Shown here: positions 1 through 11,051 of the stretch, in pieces | Layout of the letters: every line of letters begins with the position of its first letter | Position numbering within the stretch: position 1 is the stretch's first letter | NCBI GenBank assembly: GCA_947470805.1 | Contig: CANIVU010000029.1 | Location: forward strand, 1,583-65,582 | Direction: 5' to 3' | Length of the DNA: 64,000 nt | From: Acidobacteriota bacterium | GTDB lineage: Bacteria; Acidobacteriota; Terriglobia; Bryobacterales; Bryobacteraceae | Position numbers and translations under genes: made by a program | The notes under the pieces: generated by a model | Seen by the model: only the letters and a program-made list of their open reading frames with translations | Databases searched by the model: none | What the model was told of the DNA's origin: nothing

Positions 1-153
1 GGACTCAACCATCCGCTGCACCTCCCGTCCCTTGGCCAATGCCGTCGCCACCGTCAGAGGTCCATCCGACTTGGCGGCAACAGGGGCCTCCTGCTTTTGG
101 CAGCCAACCAACACCACGAAAAGCGCAAACAAGAAAGCGCGAAATGATTGCAT
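1..153 (-). CDS. N-terminus (partial, runs off window) of a lipoprotein, probably an RND efflux periplasmic adaptor subunit
   Basis: Manual translation from ATG at 153: MQSFRAFLFALFVVLVGCQKQEAPVAAKSDGPLTVATALAKGREVQRMVES; lipobox LVGC followed by an adaptor-like start. Confidence 0.6.
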   Translation of the reverse strand, partial: MQSFRAFLFALFVVLVGCQKQEAPVAAKSDGPLTVATALAKGREVQRMVES

Positions 154-323
154 TATGAGAATTCCGTAATTTCCGAACTATTGTAGGCGATCTGCGAACA
201 CAGCAGGTTACACTCGGCCGACGAGCGTAGAAATATAGAATATAACAGTGACCGCAACTTTCCAGGAAACCGCCGCTTGAACCTTTCCCTCATCCCGCTC
301 CAACGTCAGGACGGCCGCGCACA

Positions 324-2303
324 ATGAACCCTCGGGTCTGGGTCGGTGCCATCTTCGTCTTCCTCGTCAACCTCGTCATCAACTGGCGCATCGTTCTCCC
401 CGGCGTCTCTCCCTATCGCGGCTCCATCGAACGCGGCTACGCCTACATGGCCCGGCTCTTCGCCGACAATCCGGACTACCTCTCCTGGAATCCGCTGCAG
501 TACGGCGGCATTCCCATGCACTACGTCTATCTGCCGCTGCTGCCCTACTTCAATGCCCTGTTTCTCTGGGCCGATCCCTCCCTCGACGCCACCTACGTCC
601 ACCGCGCCGTCTGCGCCATCGCCCTCTTCCTCTCCCCCGCCGCCGCCTTCCTCCTCATTCGCGATTGGACCGGACGCGTCTGGCCCGCCTTCTACTCCGC
701 CCTCGCCGTCACGCTCTACTCCCCGCTCTACTACTTCATCGACCCCATCAATACCGACCGCGGCATCATGCCCGTCCCCTGGCGCATCCAGGTGCTCATC
801 AAGTACGGCGAAGGCCCGCACACCGTGGGCATGGTCTTCCTCTTCGCCGCCCTCTTACTGGTCCGCCGCGCCGCCACACGCCCGGGCTTCCCCGTCCTGC
901 TCGCCGCCGCGCTCGCCCTCGTCGCCACCGTGCTTACCAACTGGGTCGCCGGTCTCGCCCTCGCCTTCGGCGTGCTCATGCTGATGTTCGTCCACGTCGA
1001 TGACAAGGAATTCCAACAACGCCGCGTCATCCACGCCTGCCTGCTCGGCTACCTGCTCGCCGCCTTCTGGCTCACGCCGTCCTTCATTGCCCAAATAGCC
1101 TACAACTGGCCCCAGGACGCCTTCGGCTTCCAGTTCCAACGCATGGAGCGCCTCTCCATGCTCGGCTGGGCCGCCGGCCTGCTGCTGATTCGGTTCCTCT
1201 TCCGCAAACTCCCCGAACACCGCTACACGTGCTGGCTCATCCTCTGCGTCTTCGGCTACGGCCTGCCCGTCATTCTCTTCTACCGCTACGGCATCAACGC
1301 CTTTCCGGAAGCCCGCCGCTACGCTCTCGAATTCGAGTTCTGCCTCCTGCTGCTGATCATCGATTTCCTCCGCCTGCTCCTGAACAACCGCCGTTTCCCC
1401 GTCCGTGCCGTCACCGCGATCGGACTTCTCGTTCTGCTGCTCCAACAAACCCCCACCGTCTCCCGCTTCATCGCCCACCGCTATCAGAAGTGGCAACTCC
1501 TGGCCAAGGAGGATACGACGGAATTCCGCGTCGCCAACGAACTCAACACGCTCCACCCCACCGGCCGCGTCTTCGCCTCCGGCGGCACACGCTTCCGCCT
1601 CAACTCCTGGTTCCCCATCCCGCAAGTCGGCGGCGTCTTTGAAACCGGCCTGAAGTCCCGCATCCCGCTCATCATCGGCTACCAGGTCCGCACGGATTTG
1701 GGCCTCGCCAAAACGCGCGAAGCCGAAGAGTCCATCATGCTCCTCCGCGCCATGGCCGTCGAATACATCGTCGTCCACGGCCCCAACTCCGAAGAGTATT
1801 ACCGCGACTACAAAAACCCGCGCAAGTTCGAAGGCGTCCTCGAAAAGGTCTGGGAGGAGAAGGATGACGCCATCTACCGCATGGGCCCCGTCCGCTACGC
1901 CCACCTGGTGAAGACGAACGAAATCCCCACCATCACCATCCAATACGGCTATCAAAAACCCTGGTATCCCTACATCAACGCCATGCTGGACCCCGCCCGG
2001 CCATTGCTCAACTTCCAATGGGAAAACGCCCGCCACGCCCGCATTGATGGCGCCCTCCCCAAAGGCATGCACGTCGCCTTCGCCATCCCCTGGGACCCGA
2101 ACTTCCACGCCTATCAAAACGGCCAATCCGTCCCCCTCCGCGCCAATTCCACCGGCCTCATGGTCTCCGACCCTCTCCCCACCGATTCCGCCTCACTCGA
2201 CCTCCGCTTCGAGGCGTCCTGGGAAGAACGCGGCTTCGCCCTCATCAGCCTCCTCACCGCCCTCGGCTGCGTCGTCTTTCTCTTCCGTCAACGAAAGGCC
2301 TGA
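324..2303 (+). CDS. Polytopic membrane protein, GT-C/YfhO-like (PTPS-related membrane protein family)
   Basis: 659 aa, many hydrophobic helices, WNPLQYGGIP loop, soluble C-terminal domain and final TM helix; host-like codon usage. Confidence 0.6.
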   Translation: MNPRVWVGAIFVFLVNLVINWRIVLPGVSPYRGSIERGYAYMARLFADNPDYLSWNPLQYGGIPMHYVYLPLLPYFNALFLWADPSLDATYVHRAVCAIALFLSPAAAFLLIRDWTGRVWPAFYSALAVTLYSPLYYFIDPINTDRGIMPVPWRIQVLIKYGEGPHTVGMVFLFAALLLVRRAATRPGFPVLLAAALALVATVLTNWVAGLALAFGVLMLMFVHVDDKEFQQRRVIHACLLGYLLAAFWLTPSFIAQIAYNWPQDAFGFQFQRMERLSMLGWAAGLLLIRFLFRKLPEHRYTCWLILCVFGYGLPVILFYRYGINAFPEARRYALEFEFCLLLLIIDFLRLLLNNRRFPVRAVTAIGLLVLLLQQTPTVSRFIAHRYQKWQLLAKEDTTEFRVANELNTLHPTGRVFASGGTRFRLNSWFPIPQVGGVFETGLKSRIPLIIGYQVRTDLGLAKTREAEESIMLLRAMAVEYIVVHGPNSEEYYRDYKNPRKFEGVLEKVWEEKDDAIYRMGPVRYAHLVKTNEIPTITIQYGYQKPWYPYINAMLDPARPLLNFQWENARHARIDGALPKGMHVAFAIPWDPNFHAYQNGQSVPLRANSTGLMVSDPLPTDSASLDLRFEASWEERGFALISLLTALGCVVFLFRQRKA

Positions 2304-2307
2304 CCCC

Positions 2308-3168
2308 ATGCGGACGTTCCTCATCCTCCTCCGCCGCGCCTTCATCAACTCCTTCCTCGATGGCTGCTGGGGCATCGCCAAAGGCGCCGCCTACTCCGGC
2401 CTGTTGAGCCTCTTCCCGGTCCTCTCCTCTCTTGCCGCCATCCTCGTCCAGGCCAATGCCGACCGTGTCTCGGAATACCTCGCCCGCTTCGTCTTCGAAG
2501 TCGTCCCGCCCGGCACCGCCGAAATCATCGGCCGCCAATTCCGCGAACGCGGCCAGCAACCGCTCTCGCTGATCGTCGTCGCCGCGCTCCTCTCCGCCTG
2601 GGCCGCGTCCTCGCTCATGGCCACGCTCATGGAGGGCTTTCGCGCCGCCTATCGTCTCCCCGGCGGCCGCGGCATCGTCCAGGACCGCATCGTCGCCTTT
2701 GTCCTCGTCTTCATCTCCGCCATGCCGGCCATCGCCGCCTCCGTTATGCTCGTCTTCGGCGACAAACTGGAACAACAACTCCTCCAAATGGCCGGCTGGA
2801 TTGACGTTGGCGGTAACGTCGCCGCCGGCGTCCTGTTCGCCAGCAAACTCATCCGCTGGTTCATCTCGCTCGGCGCCGTCGTCATCACCACCGGCCTGCT
2901 CTACTACGTCGCACCCAACCGCCCCCAACAGTGGAGCAACGTGTGGCCCGGGGCCTTCGTCGCCACCACCCTCTGGCTCGGCGTCACTGTCATCTTCGCC
3001 TGGTACGTCCGCAATCTGGCCAATTACAACGTCATGTACGGCAGTATCGGCGGCGTCATCGCCCTCATCGTCTGGATGTACCTGCTCGCCGCCATCGCCC
3101 TCTACGGCTGCGAATTCAATGCCGAACGCGAACGTATCCGCGCCCGCTTCGCACCCTCTACACTGTAA
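2308..3168 (+). CDS. YihY/virulence factor BrkB family membrane protein
   Basis: [19 protein letters not shown] and [20 protein letters not shown] motifs; start placed at ATG 2308, just after the upstream stop. Confidence 0.9.
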   Translation: MRTFLILLRRAFINSFLDGCWGIAKGAAYSGLLSLFPVLSSLAAILVQANADRVSEYLARFVFEVVPPGTAEIIGRQFRERGQQPLSLIVVAALLSAWAASSLMATLMEGFRAAYRLPGGRGIVQDRIVAFVLVFISAMPAIAASVMLVFGDKLEQQLLQMAGWIDVGGNVAAGVLFASKLIRWFISLGAVVITTGLLYYVAPNRPQQWSNVWPGAFVATTLWLGVTVIFAWYVRNLANYNVMYGSIGGVIALIVWMYLLAAIALYGCEFNAERERIRARFAPSTL

Positions 3169-3170
3169 GA

Positions 3171-5150
3171 ATGCAATTTCAGATCGGTGTCTCCTACAGC
3201 CCTCGCGGCGATCAGGAAACCGCCATTGAAGGACTCCTCGAAGGCGTCGACAACGGCGCCCAGCACCAGGTCCTGCTCGGCGTCACCGGCTCCGGAAAAA
3301 CGTTCACCATGGCCAAGGTCATCGAAGCCTCCGGCCGCCCCTCCATCGTCTTAGCCCACAACAAAACCCTCGCCGCCCAGCTCTACCACGAGTTCAAAAC
3401 CTTCTTCCCCAATAACGCCGTCGAATACTTCGTCAGCTACTACGACTACTATCAGCCCGAAGCCTACATCCCCAACTCCGACGTCTACATCGAAAAAGAA
3501 TCCACCGTCAACGACGAACTCGACCGCCTTCGCCTCTCCGCCACCCGCTCCCTCTTCGAACGCCGCGATTGCGTCATCATCGCCAGCGTCAGTTGCATCT
3601 ACGGCATCGGCTCGCCGGAAGCCTACTACGGCATGCTCCTCATGCTCGAAAAGGGCATGCGCGTCTCCCGCAAGGAACTCCTCGGCCGCCTCGTCGAACT
3701 CCTCTACGAACGCAACGATCACGACTTCAAACGCGGCACATTCCGCGTCCGCGGCGACGTCGTCGAGGTCTTCCCCTCCTACGACGAATACGCCCTCCGC
3801 ATCGAACTCTGGGGCGACGAAGTCGAATCGCTCCATCACATCGACCCGCTCACCGGCGCCATCCGCCAATCCCACAACCGCCTGCCTCTCTATCCCAAAA
3901 CTCACTACGTCCTAAGTGAAGACATGAAGGAAAAGGCCATGGGAACTATCAAGGAGGAATTGGAGTGGTGGCGCACGGAGTTAGAGAAGAACGGTAAGTT
4001 AATAGAGGCCCAGCGCATTCACCAGCGCACCATGTTTGATCTGGAAATGATCAAGACAATCGGCTACTGCCACGGCATCGAAAATTACTCACGCCACTTC
4101 TCCGGCCGCCTCCCCGGTGAAGCCCCGCCAACCCTCCTCGATTACCTCCCGGCCGATCACCTCATCTTCATCGACGAAAGCCACCAGACCATGCCCCAAA
4201 TTCGCGGCATGTGGCACGGCGACCGCTCCCGCAAAGAGAACCTGGTCAACCACGGCTTCCGCCTCCCCAGCGCCCTCGACAACCGCCCGCTCACCTTCGA
4301 AGAGTTCCAAAACCGAGTCAATCAGGTCATCTACGTCTCCGCCACCCCCGGCCCCTACGAACTCGAAATCGCCCATGGCGTCACCGTCGAACAGATCATC
4401 CGCCCCACCGGCCTCATCGACCCGCCCGTCGAAGTCCGCCCCATCCGCGGCCAGGTCGACGACCTCCTCAACGAAATCCGCATCCGCGTCGAAAAGAACG
4501 AACGCGTACTCATTACAACGCTCACAAAACGCATGTCGGAGGACCTGGCCAGTTACTACTCCGAAGTCGGCGTAAAATGTCAGTATCTCCACTCCGAAGT
4601 AAGTACGCTCGATCGCATTAAATTACTCCGCGACCTGCGCAAAGGAGAGCTCGACGTACTAATCGGCGTCAACTTACTTCGCGAAGGTCTCGACCTCCCC
4701 GAAGTCTCCCTCGTCGCCATTCTCGACGCCGATAAAGAAGGCTTCCTCCGCTCCTTCGGATCCCTCATTCAGACCATCGGCCGCGCCGCCCGCAACCTCA
4801 ATGGACGCGCTATCCTATACGCGGATGTTCTCACGGACAGCATGAAACAAGCCATGGGAGAGACCGACCGCCGCCGCCGCATCCAGACCGATTACAACGT
4901 CGCCAATGGCATCACGCCGCAGTCGATCATCAAGCCCATCGACATGAGCCTCATCCGCATCGCGGAATCCGATTACGTCACTATCCCCCTCGAACCCGAA
5001 TCAAACGAATCCGAACTCGATCCCAAGGAAAAAATCCAGCTCATCGCCGATCTCGAACTCCGTATGCGCGAGGCCGCTCGCCAGTTCGAATTTGAAAAGG
5101 CCGCACAGTTCCGCGACCGGATAAAAGCCCTCAAATCCCCAGCGCCATGA
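3171..5150 (+). CDS. uvrB: Excinuclease ABC subunit B
   Basis: GVTGSGKT Walker [33 protein letters not shown]-terminal UVR domain (FEKAAQFRD); start ATG 3171. Confidence 0.98.
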   Translation: MQFQIGVSYSPRGDQETAIEGLLEGVDNGAQHQVLLGVTGSGKTFTMAKVIEASGRPSIVLAHNKTLAAQLYHEFKTFFPNNAVEYFVSYYDYYQPEAYIPNSDVYIEKESTVNDELDRLRLSATRSLFERRDCVIIASVSCIYGIGSPEAYYGMLLMLEKGMRVSRKELLGRLVELLYERNDHDFKRGTFRVRGDVVEVFPSYDEYALRIELWGDEVESLHHIDPLTGAIRQSHNRLPLYPKTHYVLSEDMKEKAMGTIKEELEWWRTELEKNGKLIEAQRIHQRTMFDLEMIKTIGYCHGIENYSRHFSGRLPGEAPPTLLDYLPADHLIFIDESHQTMPQIRGMWHGDRSRKENLVNHGFRLPSALDNRPLTFEEFQNRVNQVIYVSATPGPYELEIAHGVTVEQIIRPTGLIDPPVEVRPIRGQVDDLLNEIRIRVEKNERVLITTLTKRMSEDLASYYSEVGVKCQYLHSEVSTLDRIKLLRDLRKGELDVLIGVNLLREGLDLPEVSLVAILDADKEGFLRSFGSLIQTIGRAARNLNGRAILYADVLTDSMKQAMGETDRRRRIQTDYNVANGITPQSIIKPIDMSLIRIAESDYVTIPLEPESNESELDPKEKIQLIADLELRMREAARQFEFEKAAQFRDRIKALKSPAP

Positions 5151-6694
5151 AAAGCCAACCTTGGCTTGGCCTCCTCGTCGCCGGGCCCATGAGTCCCGCT
5201 CTCTTCCGGCTCCCCAATCTCGCCGCCCATCTCGGCCCCGTCGTCTCTGCCTCCCTCCGCGTCGCCTCCCGCCTCGCCAATCGCCTCAAAGCCGGGACCG
5301 CCGTCCTCCCCGGTCAACTCGGTGAAGCCGACCTCATCCTCGTCACCGGCCCCGAAGCCGACTTCGACGATCTCCTCGCCCTCGCCCTGCACCCGGACAT
5401 CAACTGGGCCGGCCGCACCGTCCTCTTCCTCGACTTCCACCACGACTCTTCCGACCTCGCCCCCCTCCGTCAACGCGGCGCAAATGTCGGCACGCTCGAC
5501 TGCCTCGAAGCCTTCCCCGAACCCCGCTTCGTCGCCGATATCGACGCCCCCTCGCACCGTCTCCTCCAACGCTTCGCCGCCGCCACCAATTCCGGCATCT
5601 TCTTCATCACCCCTGGCCGCAAGCAGTTCTTCGCCGCCGGCTCCGCCTTCACAGGAACGCTCCTCACCCCTCTAGTCGCCGCCACCGTCGACTGCCTCAA
5701 AAAGTCCGGCCTCACCCAGGCCGAAGCCATCCAGATCACCGAACGCAATACGCAACAAACCCTCCGCTCTTTCGTAAAAGCCGGCCGCAAAGGCTGGACC
5801 GGCACCCTCCCCGATGGCGACCTGGAAGCCACCCGCCGCCACCTGCAAGCACTGCAAGCCGAAAACGAACTGCTCTCGGACTACTTCGCCTCCACCGCCC
5901 ACATGGCCCTACTCCTGTTCGGCGAAGACGCCGGCTGGCTGCACGGTTTGGATCCTGCCGCCGCCGCACCCATAATAGAAACGATGGACGATTCCCAAAC
6001 GCGGCGCCTCGTCGCTGCGGGCCGCCTGGCGGCCAATCTGGCGCACGATTGGAACAATCTGCTCACCCTCCTCGCCGCCCAAGCCGGCGAAATCGCCCAT
6101 GTCCTCCCGACGGATCACCCCGCCCGCGCCCTCGCCGACGACCTCGCCACCTCCATCGATCAGGCCTCCGACTCTCCCCGCCGCCTCCTCAATTGGCTCC
6201 GCGAAGAACCCGGCAGCCTCACCCCGGCCAATGTCAATGACGTCATCCGCGCCGCCCTCCCCCTCGTCCAACTCGCCCTCGGCCGCGGCGTCCTCTGCCA
6301 GGTCGAACTCGCCGATGATCTCCCCCAAATCCCCCTCGACGCGCCCCTCCTCCGCGGCGCCCTGCTCAACCTCGCCACCAACGCGGCCGCCGCCATGAAC
6401 AGCCGCGGCACCTTCACCATCCGCTCCGCCGCCACCACCAACTTCATCCACCTCACCATTGCCGACACCGGCTGTGGCATGGACGCGGAGACCCGTCAGC
6501 GCGTCTTCGAACCATTCTTCAGCACGCGCCAAGCCAACGGCGGCACCGGGCTCGGCCTGGAAACGGTGAAGTCCATGGCCGAAACCCATAACGCCACCGT
6601 CGATCTCGAAACCGCCCCGGGCCAAGGTGCCCGGTTCACCATCGGCTTCCCGCTCCAGGCCCTTACAATGGCGGCTTCGGCAGCTTCGCGCTAA
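5147..6694 (+). CDS. DUF2520/Rossmann-like domain fused to a cytoplasmic histidine kinase (HisKA + HATPase)
   Basis: N-half has [20 protein letters not shown] (DUF2520-like); C-half has H-box [10 protein letters not shown]-box NLATNA, DTGCGM, FEPFFST, GTGLGL; ATGA overlap with uvrB. Confidence 0.8.
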   Translation: MKSQPWLGLLVAGPMSPALFRLPNLAAHLGPVVSASLRVASRLANRLKAGTAVLPGQLGEADLILVTGPEADFDDLLALALHPDINWAGRTVLFLDFHHDSSDLAPLRQRGANVGTLDCLEAFPEPRFVADIDAPSHRLLQRFAAATNSGIFFITPGRKQFFAAGSAFTGTLLTPLVAATVDCLKKSGLTQAEAIQITERNTQQTLRSFVKAGRKGWTGTLPDGDLEATRRHLQALQAENELLSDYFASTAHMALLLFGEDAGWLHGLDPAAAAPIIETMDDSQTRRLVAAGRLAANLAHDWNNLLTLLAAQAGEIAHVLPTDHPARALADDLATSIDQASDSPRRLLNWLREEPGSLTPANVNDVIRAALPLVQLALGRGVLCQVELADDLPQIPLDAPLLRGALLNLATNAAAAMNSRGTFTIRSAATTNFIHLTIADTGCGMDAETRQRVFEPFFSTRQANGGTGLGLETVKSMAETHNATVDLETAPGQGARFTIGFPLQALTMAASAASR

Positions 6695-8246
6695 CCCCAC
6701 CCTGCACCTTCACCGGCCGCCGGAACAGCCCCGCGTCCGTCGCCACGTAAAGATACGCGCCACCAAACGCCACGCCCTTCAATGGCCCAGCCGGCGAATG
6801 CAGAATCGCCGCCACACGCCCGTTCGCCTCGCAAACCTGCACGCCCAGCGCCGTCGCAAAATACACCTGACCGATCGTGTCCATCGCCGCCCCGCGCACC
6901 CCGCTCATCCATCCAGTCTCCGGCACTTCCAACCGGAAAAACGGCTCCCCGTTCCGCAGCCCGCCATCCGGCCCAATCTGGTACGACCACGCAAACCGCC
7001 CGCCCGCATCGGTGATCACCGCCATCCCATCGTCGGGCGAAATGGCAATGCCCGAAGGCGCCGCCATCTCCAGCGCCACGCCCGCCGTGCCCGCCAGCCC
7101 GGCCCGCGTCTTCACCGCGTCCACCGTGTACACCGCGCCCTTGCTCGTCACCGCCGTCGGCATCGCCGCGCTCGCGCCAATCGCCTCCGCCCCGCCCACC
7201 TTATACAACTTCCCGCCCTTGGCGTAGGTAACGGTCCCATCCCGGCCAGCCACACCATCAATCGCCCCTTCCTGCACCTTTTCCCAACCCGTGTCCGCCG
7301 CCACAATCGATGACACCTTTCCCCGCGGATCCCAACCCGGCCCATTCAACGCCGCCGGCTCCTTCACCGCCAACGGTGCCGGATGCCCCGCCCAAAGCCA
7401 CCGCAACGCGTCGGGCAGAATCGCCGCGCCGTGCTTCATGTTGTGCCCCTCATCGCCCAGTTCCAACTTCGCCTCATACCCGGCAAACCGCAGCGCGTCC
7501 AGCATCACCTGATTATTCACCGGCCAACTGCCCGCATAAAACGTCCCCTGCGGCTGGTTCGGCACAATGTGATCGTTCTTCCCTGCCTGCAAAAATACGC
7601 GAATCGGCTTCGCCTCACTCCGCCGGATCAGCGCCGCGAACCCATCCCCGCCCTTCATCGCCACAAACGTGCCAATGAAACTCAACACCCGCCGGAACTG
7701 GTCCGGCCGGTGCCACGCCGCCACCAGCGCCCCAACGGCCCCGGTACTCACGCCATACAGCCCCCGCTCATTCGGGTCCTTCGACAGGTTATGCGTCTTC
7801 GCCACCGCCGGAATCAGTTCCTCCACCAGGAACTTCGCATACCGGTCGCTCAACGAGTCGTACTCAAAAACCCGCTCATACCGGCTCTGCACGTTTGGCG
7901 AAACGGCCGGCAATATGCCCGGGTCCACAAAGATCCCGATCATCACCGGCAATTCTTTCTTGTGGATCAGATTGTCGAACACCACTGGCACCCGCACGCC
8001 ATTCCCCATCGCCCCGCTCCCATCCAGGAACACCATGAACGCCGTCGGCTTCGTCTTGTCGTACTGCGCCGGCACGTAGACCGCATAGTTATGCGGCGTC
8101 CCCGGAAAGTGCTTCCCCGGCGCAAGAACGTGTTTGGTCACCGTGCCCTTCGGCACACCCGTCTGCGGCTGCGAATCCGGCCCCAGCGTATACTCCACGG
8201 CCCCCAGGCCGGTCATCATCAAGGCAAACAATACCAGTCGAATCAT
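6663..8246 (-). CDS. Secreted enterochelin-esterase-like alpha/beta hydrolase fused to an SMP-30/gluconolactonase propeller
   Basis: Signal peptide; YVPAQYD, VFDNLIHKKELP, nucleophile elbow GVSTG; C-terminal YFATALGVQVC. Confidence 0.85.
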   Translation of the reverse strand: MIRLVLFALMMTGLGAVEYTLGPDSQPQTGVPKGTVTKHVLAPGKHFPGTPHNYAVYVPAQYDKTKPTAFMVFLDGSGAMGNGVRVPVVFDNLIHKKELPVMIGIFVDPGILPAVSPNVQSRYERVFEYDSLSDRYAKFLVEELIPAVAKTHNLSKDPNERGLYGVSTGAVGALVAAWHRPDQFRRVLSFIGTFVAMKGGDGFAALIRRSEAKPIRVFLQAGKNDHIVPNQPQGTFYAGSWPVNNQVMLDALRFAGYEAKLELGDEGHNMKHGAAILPDALRWLWAGHPAPLAVKEPAALNGPGWDPRGKVSSIVAADTGWEKVQEGAIDGVAGRDGTVTYAKGGKLYKVGGAEAIGASAAMPTAVTSKGAVYTVDAVKTRAGLAGTAGVALEMAAPSGIAISPDDGMAVITDAGGRFAWSYQIGPDGGLRNGEPFFRLEVPETGWMSGVRGAAMDTIGQVYFATALGVQVCEANGRVAAILHSPAGPLKGVAFGGAYLYVATDAGLFRRPVKVQGGVSAKLPKPPL

Positions 8247-8311
8247 GCTCCCGGCAGTCTATCAAATCTCGCCAATGCCGCCCTTCACGCCCTCTGGCCT
8301 CAATACTACTA

Positions 8312-9385
8312 TTGCATGACAGCTGCGTTACACACCCCAAAGGTTCGCTTATCCCCCACGGCCTCAAAATCTCCGCTCTCCTGCTAACCGTCCCTTTGGC
8401 CTTCGCCCAAACCGAAGCCCCACACGTGCAAATCGGCAACCTGCTCGTCAAACCCTCCGCCTTCTTCGAATCCGCCGGCGTCTTCCGCTCCACCACCACC
8501 ACCGACGACATGAACACCCGCTTCGGCAGCCTCCCCACCGGCGAAGCCAACCCCCAAGCCCTCGGCACCGTACGCCATTCCCGTGTCCAGCTCAAAACGG
8601 TGTATACCGTAAACAAAACCTGGAAGCTCTCCGCCTACCTCGAATCCGACTTCATGAACCGAACCGGCAACCCCTACCGTTGGCGCCAGTATTGGGGCAA
8701 AGTCGAAATGGGAAAGTGGGAACTCCTCGCCGGCCGCGGCTGGAGCCTCCTCCGCCCCAACCGCATCGGCATCGATTCGGAAACCGAGCTCATGAACACC
8801 CGCGTCATCGACGCCGCCTACCACATCGGCCTCGTCGGCAACCGAGAACGCCACCTCCGCCTCGTTCGTCATGAAGGCTCCTGGCACTTCGCCCTCTCCT
8901 ACGAGCGCGGCCGGGATTTCGTCCCCAAGGTCGTCCGCGACCTGAAGCGAGTCCACCTCGAAGCCATGGCCATCAAAGGCGCCGGCCGCCACCTCGGCGC
9001 CAGCACCGCCGCCGTCGTCCACGTGACGCCTAAAGTTGACATCGTCACCCAGCTCTACCGCGCCCGCGCCGCCGGCCGCGATGTCTTAAATACCCTCCCC
9101 CAAACCGCCGGGACATTTTCCAACATCAACGGCGTCGAAATCCAACCCCGCCCCGGCCTCCGGATCTACGCCTACACCGGCCTCGTCAACGGCGCCCGCT
9201 CCGCCGGCAACAACCTCGTCCGCGAAGACTCCGTCGGCTTCTCGCACCAGTTCTACAACAACGCCAAATACGGCCGTACGCTCTTCTCCCTGCAGTTCTC
9301 CCACCTCTCCCGCCACACCTGGTCCAATGCCGATGGCCGCCAAACCCTCGGCATGGTCTCCATCCGCCACACCATCGGCGAATAG
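8312..9385 (+). CDS. Putative outer-membrane beta-barrel/porin (start uncertain)
   Basis: Signal-like segment; YLESDF...RWRQYWGKVEMGKWELLAGRGWSLL; alternating beta-strand pattern. Confidence 0.55.
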   Translation: MHDSCVTHPKGSLIPHGLKISALLLTVPLAFAQTEAPHVQIGNLLVKPSAFFESAGVFRSTTTTDDMNTRFGSLPTGEANPQALGTVRHSRVQLKTVYTVNKTWKLSAYLESDFMNRTGNPYRWRQYWGKVEMGKWELLAGRGWSLLRPNRIGIDSETELMNTRVIDAAYHIGLVGNRERHLRLVRHEGSWHFALSYERGRDFVPKVVRDLKRVHLEAMAIKGAGRHLGASTAAVVHVTPKVDIVTQLYRARAAGRDVLNTLPQTAGTFSNINGVEIQPRPGLRIYAYTGLVNGARSAGNNLVREDSVGFSHQFYNNAKYGRTLFSLQFSHLSRHTWSNADGRQTLGMVSIRHTIGE

Positions 9386-9386
9386 C

Positions 9387-10748
9387 CTATTTCACCCGCC
9401 CCTTCGGTCCCGCATACGGCGCCCGGTCCCAGAAATCCGTCGTCCCCTTCGCCCGCGGATCGCCCGACGCCCGCATCCACGCCTCCACCTTCGCCGCCAA
9501 CTTCTTCTTCACCGAAGCATAAGCCGCCTCCCCTGCCAGGTTCCGCACCTGTCCCGGATCCTTCGCGCAGTCATACAGCTCCTCCGCCGGCCGCTTCCCA
9601 AAACACAGCCGCCACGGCTCGCTCTCCGGAGTGCCCATAATCAACCGTTTCGACGGCGTCTCGTCCACATCCCCAAACTCCCCAACCACCCAGTAATACT
9701 CCGGATCCCCCGCCGGCCAGCGCTCCGGCTCATAGTTCCGCAGATACAAGAACTCCCGCGTTCGCACGCCCCGCACCGGGTACGAAAGGTCGCCCTTTCG
9801 AACATTGGCATGCCGCTCCCGCTCCAGGAAAACATCCACCCGCGCCGGTGGCCGCAGCAGACTCTTCGCCGTCACCGCCGCCGGAATCGCCACGCCCGCC
9901 GCCTCCATGAAGGTCGGGCACAAATCCCCCAGCGTCACAAACCCATCGTGCCGCTTCCCCGCCCCCACGCGCCCCGGCCATCGCAGCGCCAGCGGCACCC
10001 GCACGCCCAGGTCGTAACAATTCGCCAGCCCGCGCGGCATCTGCCAGCCGTTGTCCCCCGTCATCGCGACCAGCGTTCGTTCCCTCTCCCCGGCCCGGTC
10101 CAATGCACCCAACAGCTCTCCACACTCCGCATCAAACTGCATCACCTCGGCATAGTAATTCCGAATATCCCCCCGCACCGTCGCATGATCGGGCAAATGC
10201 GCCGGCACGCCAATCGCGCCCAAATCAATCTGCTCCCGGAACTTCACTCCCCGGTCCCAAGGCACATGCGGGTCATGCGATCCAAACCAGAAACAGAACG
10301 GCCGGTCCTTCGGCCGCGCCGCCAAAAACGCTTCAAAGCTGGCAAAAGAGCGCCCCGCCGGATTTCCACCCTTCGGAGCCCCTGGAGCCCACCCCTTCCC
10401 CGCAAAGCCCACAAAGTATCCAGCCTTTTCCAACGTCGATACATAGGTCGGAATCTCGGAAGCCAACGGGCCATACAAACTAGCCGCCTCCCCCAAACGG
10501 TGCGTATCCTGCCCGGTAAGCAGCCACGACCGCGACGGCGAGCACGACGGGTTCGGCGCAAAGGCGTGAGTAAACAGCGTCCCTTCCCGTGCCAAGGTGT
10601 CGAACACCGGCGTCTTCACCACCCGGTCGCCATAGACGCCCGCATGCGGGAACGCCCAGTTATCCGCCAGTAACAAAACAACATTCGGCCGCGCATTCGC
10701 CGCCAGCATGGACGCCATAAACGTGCGCCGCGAAAAGAGGGTTCCCAT
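9387..10748 (-). CDS. Sulfatase (formylglycine-dependent)
   Basis: RPNVVLLLADN, CSPSR signature, DPHVPW, GDNG, EELYD..DP; Tat-like SRRTF; start placed at ATG 10748. Confidence 0.92.
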   Translation of the reverse strand: MGTLFSRRTFMASMLAANARPNVVLLLADNWAFPHAGVYGDRVVKTPVFDTLAREGTLFTHAFAPNPSCSPSRSWLLTGQDTHRLGEAASLYGPLASEIPTYVSTLEKAGYFVGFAGKGWAPGAPKGGNPAGRSFASFEAFLAARPKDRPFCFWFGSHDPHVPWDRGVKFREQIDLGAIGVPAHLPDHATVRGDIRNYYAEVMQFDAECGELLGALDRAGERERTLVAMTGDNGWQMPRGLANCYDLGVRVPLALRWPGRVGAGKRHDGFVTLGDLCPTFMEAAGVAIPAAVTAKSLLRPPARVDVFLERERHANVRKGDLSYPVRGVRTREFLYLRNYEPERWPAGDPEYYWVVGEFGDVDETPSKRLIMGTPESEPWRLCFGKRPAEELYDCAKDPGQVRNLAGEAAYASVKKKLAAKVEAWMRASGDPRAKGTTDFWDRAPYAGPKGRVK

Positions 10749-10765
10749 ACCAGCACCCATCCTAC

Positions 10766-10980
10766 CCCAGACTTCCCCTGGAGCCGTGCTACCGGAAATC
10801 CCCGCAATCACAGATTCCCCCGACCAACCCAAACCGCCCACCCCGAGCTCCCTTTGGAGCCGGGCTACCAGAAATCGCCGAAATTTCAGAATCCCGATCC
10901 CAACCCAGCCCAACTCGCCCCAGATTTCCCCTGGAGCCGTGCTACCGGAAAATTCCGCAAATACCGAATCTCCCGACCAA
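10766..10980. repeat. Three degenerate tandem units (~76-77 bp period) with core GGAGCCGTGCTACCGGAAA
   Basis: Core starts at 10780, 10856 (GGAGCCGGGCTACCAGAAA) and 10933; units 1 and 3 align over ~60 bp. Confidence 0.85.
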
Positions 10981-11051
10981 ATCTTCAGCCACCACCCATA
11001 ACAAAACCGACCCGCCAATTCCCACACCCGCCCCGGATTCCCCCTAAGACC

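Noticed and set aside
154..323. AT-rich divergent intergenic region as an SOS box or ncRNA
   Set aside because: No convincing palindrome or known RNA structure; probably ordinary promoters.
10766..10980. Possible mini CRISPR array
   Set aside because: Repeats are degenerate, the intervening segments of units 1 and 3 resemble each other, and no cas genes are in the window.
10749..11027. N-terminal extension of the sulfatase ORF with a repeated SGSTAPGE.WG peptide
   Set aside because: It is simply the translation of the DNA repeat; the signal-like start is at 10748.
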